DNA of 42,115 nucleotides from Perkinsus chesapeaki ATCC PRA-425 (taxonomy: Eukaryota; Protista; Perkinsozoa). Each line of letters starts with the position of its first letter. Position 1 is the stretch's first letter. The translations under genes and the position numbers were made by a program. The notes beneath the pieces are model-generated. The model was not told the origin of the DNA. It was given only the letters and a program-made list of their open reading frames with translations, and made no database searches. Of this stretch, positions 33,806-42,115 are shown one piece after another. The DNA lies in assembly GCA_013115145.1 (NCBI GenBank), contig JAAPAO010000293.1, forward strand, positions 1 through 42,115, in the 5' to 3' direction.

Positions 33806-36417
33806 ATGGCAGCGGGACCATCAGGGCGGCTACCTCTCATCATTGATGAAGACCCAAGCACTCCATTGATCGAGGGGCCATGTAGGGACGGAGACCAATG
33901 GCATCTAAGTTGCCATTTCAAAGTAAACTGCTTCTCATACTAGCTCACTCATCTTCCTGTTGTAGGCGACGAAAGAGAGGGCATCAGCGGAACCGATACT
34001 GTTGTTGGCGATGGTCTTATTGGGGCTGTCACCAATGGCCATTATGCTGGCTTGCAGTAAGTTGGAATACGCTCATTCAGTTTTAGTATCCAAAACCGCT
34101 CGATAGGGGGAAATAATTTGCATGAGGAATTTCTCGCACACGGTTCATCGGTTATCGAAAAATTTAGGTTGAACTTGAGGGTTTTCACGTGGTTAAGATT
34201 TCGGGCGAAAAGATGGGGCGTTTTCACGCGCCCTATTGAGAGTTTGGTTACCATTGTGCAGCTCGCTGTGATGAATGCGAAAAATTTCGGAAAATTCAGG
34301 GAAATTCTGGGGAATTATGTAATTTTTGATTTTCAGGCTCGAAACAGATTCACAGCCTTTTAGTGGCAATGGTTTTAATGCATATATTGGTCATGTTACT
34401 AATACCGATTATTTTTATATTGGCAAGTGAAAGGTCATCGAGACGATCTTATAAGGAATATTTCATAGGGGTGAGATAATACAGACAATCGTTCACATCT
34501 TGGAAAGTACATAAATATTCCTAGTGCGAAGATATGCCTCATCACTCTGCACAATTTCATTGTTCTCTTTACCGGCTACGAATCGGACTGTTCTGCAAAC
34601 TCGTATTTTAGCGACTTTGCCTGATCACATAATGCTGGAAGAAATTTCCAAAAATTTCCGAAATTTTTGATTGTTCATGTCCACATTCCCACCGATGGCT
34701 GGTGAATCCTCCCGGATGAGTCTTGAGTAGACGAAATGACGGTCAGGACTTTTGCTCCGCTCCGCTTGGTTTTGATTGAGATTTAATAACCTTTATACCA
34801 GCACTACCAGTTGAGCTATCATGGTCAGGCCATTCGTCGTCCGAATTTCCCGATAAGCATCTTGTCGTTCTTGGGTGTACTTGCAGCTGGTTGTATCTTC
34901 TACGCGGCTCTACGATGTCGACATTCACCGCCCGGTAGGAGTGCGGTATGCATACCAAACTTCCTCCAACAACTGGCTGAGTATGGCTTCGGTGAGCACC
35001 TCGTCGATGACGGGTTTTCATTTGTTATTTCAGATGTACCTTTCTCGTTCCTTGTCGCGATTGGATTCTACTTCGGCGTTGTGAACCCGATCCTTGAGGA
35101 GTGGTTCTGGAGGGTGTTCCTCTATAGAGAGCTCGGACAAAGGTAAGACTACCGTCGCGATGCAGGCTATTAGACAACACTTTAACTAAGTTGGTCACCC
35201 GGGACTTGAACTAGATGTGAACTATAGTATTAGCCACTAGGCAGTTATATAAGCAGCTGCATAATGCTTATAATAATTACTTTTAATACTTATTAATAGT
35301 ACTGCACGTGCACAGCCAACACAGTGCGGTCAGTGGACCTGGGAAAGATACTTTTTATCAGTTTGTTTAAATTTATTAATAGATGTACAATCCCTTACGG
35401 CAGTACCGATGAGAATTGATTCCCCCAGCATTAAATGCTGGAGAGAATGCTGAGCATTCTTTTTTCGATTATCAGGTTTTTCCCGTCGTGTGGAACTCCT
35501 CCAGGTCACATGTACACAGAAGAGAAAAATTCGGTCGATCTGGAAGGTAGGCAAATCTATTTATTAGTATGCTGCTTTGCACTAAAGAGTTAAACGCGTA
35601 CTCGACGAGTCGTGACTTGATTCCCACACGCACCGTTCAAGTGGGCGGGAATATGTGAAGAATCAGAACAGTTGCAGTAGTTGCCACTTACTACCGTCGC
35701 CAGACTAAAAAGCTTCCGAGGACTGCCCATTGGACTCGTACCATCTTGCGTGATTGATTCTTTTCTGGTCATCCTTGCCGTTTCAGATGCATGTACATCT
35801 TCAACTTGTCTCATCAGAAGTATCTCCGAGGTGCCTGGCCAGTTGCTCATATCCTCCCTTTACGCATGCTACCACTTCATTATTGTCAAGGACCTTCTTG
35901 AGAGCTATTCCTTGGCGATCGCAGCATTCTGCGGTCTGGTGAGCAGTTCGTGCGGATTGATTCTCAATCCTTCTATCGCGCAGAAATCGAGGCTACTTGA
36001 AAAGTTAGCATTGTCTGCGCCGTTTTGCCCATTGTATCATAGCGGTCATTTAAGGTCTTGCACGCACTTGACGCCGTACTGGTTTTGTTTCCATTGGTCG
36101 TCTAGAAATTGTTAGTTAGAGATCACAGTGAGTCTCACTGAGCAGGTGGTAGGAATGGAATTGTTTCTTCCTCCAGATAAATGGGACAAATGACACAATG
36201 GCTCTGTCAGGTGCTCCTCGGTCGTGTGTTATCCTATTATTGCCGACATGAAAGGCGTTTTGGCTTTATCGCGGCATGCTTCCTGCATTCTGGACTTGAC
36301 TTTGTAAGATTCTTATTACTCTTCACATTGAGCACCAGTGGTGCTGCACCACACACCTTCGCAAACGACGCTATTACTAGTAATCTCGCTCGCCCGAAAG
36401 AAGTCGTTTCTCGGTAG
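33806..36417 (+). CDS. CPBP family (type II CAAX protease/Abi-like) intramembrane metalloprotease, multi-exon
   Basis: Spliced TM-rich exons from ATG 33806 (MAAGPSGRLPL...PILLLAMVLLGLSPMAIMLAC|SSKQIHSLLVAMVLMHILVMLLIPIIFILA). CPBP motifs NPILEEWFWRVFLYREL, SSLYACYHF and ACFLHSGLD occur in the correct order. The 3' end is approximate. Confidence 0.78.
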
Positions 36418-37334
36418 GTGTCTGCCTGCAATGGTGGACCGAGTTCCTTCAGTGCTGAAGCATGTGTCACTTGGAACTTTTTAATGAGAAAAGTGTCTCC
36501 GGCGGCGAGGTCTAGGATTTTCAAAAAGATATACAAATCCTTCAACGTTCAACGATCTTGAAGATTCTAGAGATTGAAGTCTAGAAAGTTTGATAGAAAT
36601 TGATGCGATTCCGAGTGGAGAAATAACCACTTGTGTTCTCATGGCTCCTTATATATGTGTAGGTAGTGGATGTTGCAGTACTATGGCAAGTTCTGGCAGC
36701 AAGGACTTCACCAACTTGATTCATTAAATAAGATAACGATTGCAACATTTTTGTCAACATAACAGGAGACATTTTGTGGCCAATAGCATTTGTGTTACAA
36801 ATCTCGTTGTTTCTGTGACCGATATATTTCGGCATGCGAAATGTAACTTCCGAACTAGTTGTTTTTTCCACCAATTTTGTGTGCGATGTCGTCCTCCGAA
36901 ACTGCCATGCGTCTTCGCATTGCTCTTCTCAAGTGAGTTGGTTCATAAGGCTCGCCGAGCTGAGATCCGAGGGGCTTTAAAAACAGAGAGACTGATGATT
37001 TCCCGAATACAGACGTATCAACTCATTTGAAGAATGCACTGCAACTTAATCGCTGCAATTAAGGCAAATCCGGTATAGCGGGGCACTGTCACTCGACAAG
37101 TGGGAGAGGCTAAATCATCGTTGCTCTGTCCTTTTACACAGTCACTGGTACAGAAATCACGCTGAATTTCGACTCGAAGTTCTGAAGCCGAATGTGGGAA
37201 ATCTTCGCGAAGCAGATCCAAGCATAATAGTTCGGCAATTATCGAGAAGTGACTCGAAGGCTTGAGTGCGCGTCCTCCTCAGGCACCCGAAACGTCTGGC
37301 GTTGAAGGCGAAATTGGCCGCCATTCCTCCGAAA

Positions 37335-38025
37335 ATGGTGTCGATACAAATAAATAATAATAAATACGAAGAACCGGCTAACCAAACGATATTGCAAGTC
37401 GCCCACAAACACGGAGTAGGTGGAAATAGTGAAATCAGTGATTCGCGTTAAGAAGCATTATAATGTTAAATGAAAGTGTTTGGAAGTCAGAAATATTAAT
37501 TTATTATTCAGGTAAGGATTCCTCATAATTGCCGTGCTGGAATCTGTTGGGCTTGTGAAGCCAACGTGAATGGTAAACCAACGCAGACTTGCTACACACC
37601 AATCCAAGATGGCATGTAAGAAAAAATTCTTCTAGAGCACCTTATTCATACGGTTGGTCAGTAGTATCTAATATTTCTGCAACAATTGAAGGTTAACCAT
37701 CCCGGTTCGATCCTCGGTCTCGCTGGGGATTCTTTCACGGGGCATCTACTCGTGGAGGGCGTGTTATTGTAGTGCAAGATAATGTGCGGCCCGACGAAAT
37801 AAAAGAGAAGTCGTTTGGATATTCACATTTGACAGAGACTGATATCGTGAATTATTATCGGACGAGGATAGACTGACGTTTATATACAGTATGCCTCCCC
37901 GCTACTATATTTCTCCACGATTTTTCGGAAGGGCTCGGTGATGATCAACGCATTGTGGTTATAGGTATGTCGTAGAGAAGGCGAGAGAGATGATGCATTG
38001 GAGGCAGCACACTGGCGATGAATAA
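37335..38025 (+). CDS. Small 2Fe-2S cluster-binding (ferredoxin-like) protein, ~83 aa, 3 exons
   Basis: MVSIQINNNKYEEPANQTILQVAHKHG|VRIPHNCRAGICWACEANVNGKPTQTCYTPIQDGM, with a CX4CX2CX11C motif. It either stops at TAA ~37619 or splices (AT|G) to YVVEKAREMMHWRQHTGDE* ending at 38025. Confidence 0.78.
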
Positions 38026-41000
38026 TTTTATTTTAACTTTGAACTATGTTGTTTAGTGAAGTGCATTCATGAACCTAAGATATTCGAATTTAACAACATA
38101 GTGCGAGTATTTACATTATCGTATTACCGTGTACCTAGTTCGGTGTCCACTGCAGTCGCTGGATCCCTTTACTGTTTGTTGTACTCCTTAATAGAGCAAA
38201 ATCACCTGTTCTCGAGGACACCCACAATGCTATCTGTTTGTTGGCATTTCCTGACACAATACTCTGTCCCCTTCCATTAATACACAATTTGAGCTTCGTG
38301 CTTACAAGTGGAGACCTTGTCTTTGTTATTCTGGCCATTTCCGGCTGCTACACAGCGCCTGTCTTGGCGTAGGTCCTCAATCATTTCCTTATTTCATCTT
38401 TTTTGAAGTGTTCCAGTGGTCACTGATAAGACTCGACTTCCCACAACACTTTGCTCGAATGAGTCGAAAGCAGCTAGTGTCAGCTATTTAGAGCCCCTCA
38501 TAACATCCAGGTTCACTCTCGGCTGCCCATTACCGCCCGATCTCCTCAGCCCTCGAATAGGAGCACCACCATTATAGTGTGTCTTTGTTTCATCAATTAT
38601 GTTGAGTCGATTGTCATCACCACCGAAACGGTTGAATAGCTCGTTTATATCTGTCCGCTATTATTGGCAAAAACCCGGCAAAGAAGTCATCAAACCGAGG
38701 TGGGGCTTCACATTCAATCTCTGGTTTATCTTCTCACAGATATACTTATTTCGTGGATTCTGAATGCGAAACGGGCAACGGCTGGAAATGGCTCGACGTA
38801 AGCCAGCTGTTGCTCCGGCAGTTTAGCTTTTTGATTTTAGAACTATTACGGTCAGCTTGGGAAGGCATTGACGACCTGGTGAGACATCGTAACTAATACT
38901 GTTGACTTTGCTCGGGGCGAGCAGCTCGTCTTGTGTCGCGTAAAAAGTGCTTTTAGTTCGTGTCTCACGGCCTTAAGTTGCTGATGAGTTCTTGTTCGCG
39001 TGGGAAGATATTCTAGAGACTTCACTTTTTATTGATCAGGAAAAAGATTCGCCGTCGAACGCCTTGGGATGGTTACAATGAAAGATCTGTTAAATGTCGA
39101 GAAACGAGTCGAAAGTGGCACGCTATGGTTATTGGAAAAGAGAAGAAAGGCAACGCATGACGACAGATGGATTTTGTTTCTGACTAAAATTAAGCTGTTT
39201 AGTTTGTCAAGTTAGTGTGATTCAACCTAATGGAAAGACTCCGCGAGAACATAGTCAGATTTTTAAAGCATAAGTGTAAAAAGTACGATCCAACACAACC
39301 AAGAAACATACAACAGCGCATCTTGCGCCATCGAGGATCTCTGGTTAAAGACCATACTTAGTAGGCGTTCAACTCAACGGTGGCTCAACGCTCCTGCAGT
39401 ACTTCCAGACTAACCAGAGCTCGAGCCACTGAATCACAGTGGAATTTCAGTCATACGAATTCCTTATTATTGGTCAGCAACTTCAAGTTAGTCAGTTAAG
39501 TTGTTTAAGTTGAAAGTCAGTCAAAGGTGGTCATTAAGTTGATCAGGAAACTTGAAAAGTCGGTTGAAAAGTCCCGCCCTGATCACTCCATTCTCCGCTC
39601 TGAGCAAAGTTCTTCTGGTTTCGAATACCTAAGTGTCCGGACGTGTACTTATTATTAAGTGTGTATATTGAACTATTAGTCATTCAGTATTAACAGTAAT
39701 AGTACCTAAATAAATTTATGAACACGTACAGAGTAATATAATAATAGCAATAGCTACTAGATGATTTATCATCCTTAAACTAACACTGATATCTAGCTGG
39801 ACTGACATCTGATCGCTCGTTGAAATAGTTATCGACTACGTTCCGGTAAGTCAGGACTCGCGGTCATGAGTCACAGGCTTTCAGGACCGTCGAGGAAACG
39901 AGTTGTGCGCCGGCCAGGTGTGGAGCATACCTCTTGCGGCGCCTTGTGTCAAACGAGGGGGCAACATGCACAGTTGAACTGGCTCAAAACCATAATACCA
40001 GCGTGGACTGTGATGGTGTGAGCGGGCTTCGGGTCTCACAGAATCCTGTACCTTGGCAGCTATATGAATTAAAATACGATGAGATTACCATGTTTTTTGA
40101 GCCGCCAAGGTAACACTGCGCACAGGTTTGCACTTGAACGATTTACGGGTTTCATACCAGTCACATGTGACTCTTTGCGTTAGAAAGGGAGTAATTCATC
40201 AAGCGCCATATCATGAGGTCTAGTATGAGTTTTACGGTAACAAAGATAGTCAAAGAATCATAACACGAGCTGATACGATAACAGCGCACAGAAACGAAGC
40301 CGCAGTTCCCGAGTACGCAGTCCTCCGTTGCTGGGGGAAATGGTCTCTCCAATTGGTGGTCGCCTCGCTTAACTAGGACTTATGCATGGACAGCCTCAAA
40401 CTTTAAGGCTCAATAGGGTTCATTTGTGGGTCCCAGCAAGGGATCTCAACCACCTAATTAGCGCTTGCGACAGAATATCTTCCTTTGCGCGAGGTGCTCC
40501 ACGCGCCATCTTCCACATGGCGCCATCGTTTCTACGTAAAGCTAGTGGTCCTACATTATAGAACATTGTTAGTGGAAGGAGGTCGCGGAAGTAAAGGTTC
40601 TTCCTGTTATAAGCGCCAGATTTTTAGCAATACTCGGATCATTGCACTAAGTGCAATGCAATTACATGAAAACTGGGAGAGTTGTGGAGGCTCGTTGTTC
40701 TACAAAGGCGGCGGCATTCCCTTTACGATGGCGATGTGTTTCTGTTGATAGTTCTTCTGTCTCAAGACTCCTAGTTCTCCATCAGCTAGCATGCTCAAGC
40801 TCTCTGCAAGACACCTCATGCTTATTAGTCTACTCCTCGCTGCTGTTACCGTCAAGCCGCCACCAGCCACATCCAACATGAGCGAGCCAAACAGAGTTGA
40901 GTTAACGATGCTGAATCCTGCAATCGTCTCCTCAAGTGCTTGTGTGGCTTGTCGCGTTTGCATCAACCCTTTGATTATTATCCCGATATGCTTGGATCTG

Positions 41001-41653
41001 ATCGATAAGTGCGATGGGTCCTCTTGTCCCTGCTGCGACAACTGAACCAAAGCTCATGTCCGTCCCCAAAGTGTTGCGCATTTCGGGTTTTCCGGCTTCC
41101 TGATTATGTCCTCTTTCTCCTTGTACAAAGTCTATATTAGTACGAGTCAGGTCACTATACAACGCATCTAATCTAACCAATCAAATGCTATTTGTTGTTT
41201 CGAATAAGTCCCGAGTCGCTGATCTAAGGCTTCCAGGGCTTTCCAGAGGCATGCTTTAGTTCTGTACTAGTTGTGGTGCTATTTTCTGGCATACTGTATC
41301 AGTGGACTTTGTTGTACTAGTGAACATCTTCCATGTGCTACGATTTCACAGTACTTTATCGGCGGTTGCCTTGTCACTATGAAACCATTCGTGTCACTGT
41401 GAGTACCGTTGTTGCGTTCTCTGTCTATCTGCATGTTACGTACCGTAAGCTAATCCGTACTACTTATACTAAAATTATAATAAATGGAGTCAAAACTATG
41501 AACACAATAACGACAAGGCAAAAAAGGAAACTAACACATCATACTTTAGGGAATAACCAGGCCACAGACCAACAAAAGGAGGTGCACAGAGTACCCGAGT
41601 GGGTATGAAGTTACACAAACTCCGAAATATAGAGAATATGACAATAACATACT

Positions 41654-41878
41654 TTAGCAAGGAATATCAGCAGCTGTGCCAATCTCTTTAAGATTGTGAC
41701 ATTTATGATCTTCACCACAATAGCTGAAGATACAATCAGGACGTTCATCACAAATACGTTGACAATGTTCTCCACTTAAACGAAGAAGTGCATCCGCGAT
41801 CATAAAGGCAGAATTACCACCAGCTTGAACATAATTAAGTAGAAGGCAGATGATGGCGGTGAAGTAGACGAAGAACAT
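41654..41878 (-). CDS. Small secreted cysteine-rich protein (74 aa)
   Basis: Signal peptide MFFVYFTAIICLLLNYVQA, then HCQRICDERPDCIFSYCGEDHKCHNL...PC* (6 Cys in the mature part). Resembles the small Cys-rich secreted proteins I associate with Perkinsus (recollection, not searched). Confidence 0.6.
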   Translation of the reverse strand: MFFVYFTAIICLLLNYVQAGGNSAFMIADALLRLSGEHCQRICDERPDCIFSYCGEDHKCHNLKEIGTAADIPC

Positions 41879-42115
41879 TATTATTCAACAAGGTTATAGT
41901 CAACAACTGTAAGATTAACATTACATCGTGAGGCATTGAAAGTTGTGGAATGATCAATTGGAGGGTATTCCATTGCACGCATGCACAAAATGAACATGCA
42001 CTGTGTAATAATGAAACGATTGTGAGTGCTTCAAACCGTGTCACTGATGAGATTTGATGAGAAAGCTAGTTGTTCTCTAGGAGACTGCTGCACGCGACAC
42101 GGAGCGCCGTGACGC

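Noticed and set aside
34798-34826. Minus-strand CCATGATAGCTCAACTGGTAGTGC resembling a tRNA 5' half/A box
   Set aside because: It overlaps the CPBP coding exon (HYQLSYHG) on the other strand and has no anticodon arm or downstream B box; it cannot be distinguished from chance without a covariance-model score.
36237-37408. Minus-strand ORFs (102, 97, 67 and 83 aa) between the CPBP and 2Fe-2S genes
   Set aside because: They partly overlap better-supported plus-strand coding sequence, show no recognisable motifs and could not be joined into a consistent spliced model.

Overview
Intron-rich eukaryotic genomic DNA, most likely a Perkinsus-like alveolate (inferred from short GT-AG introns, a class VI-like myosin, a Toxoplasma-style RCC1 and a small Cys-rich secreted protein). 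About 30 kb of minus-strand genes (myosin, a secreted protein, zf-RanBP2/RCC1, an ELAV-like RRM protein) is followed by plus-strand genes (coiled-coil protein, CPBP/CAAX-protease-like protein, small 2Fe-2S protein). The window also has Tc1/mariner remnants, a gypsy-like Gag remnant, two 35-bp minisatellites and two N gaps. The most striking signal is in the introns, where three sequence families recur across unrelated genes. (1) tRNA-derived sequences make up or begin introns; two of them are 3' halves starting at tRNA position 37/38. (2) A perfect palindrome, ATCGATCACGTGATCGAT, lies in four introns, one only 31 nt long. (3) The core AATTTCGTGGCGC(A)GTGA lies in several short introns. Together these suggest repeat-derived (introner-like) intron creation or unusual intronic cis-elements. 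All gene models were spliced by hand, so exact ends are approximate where noted.
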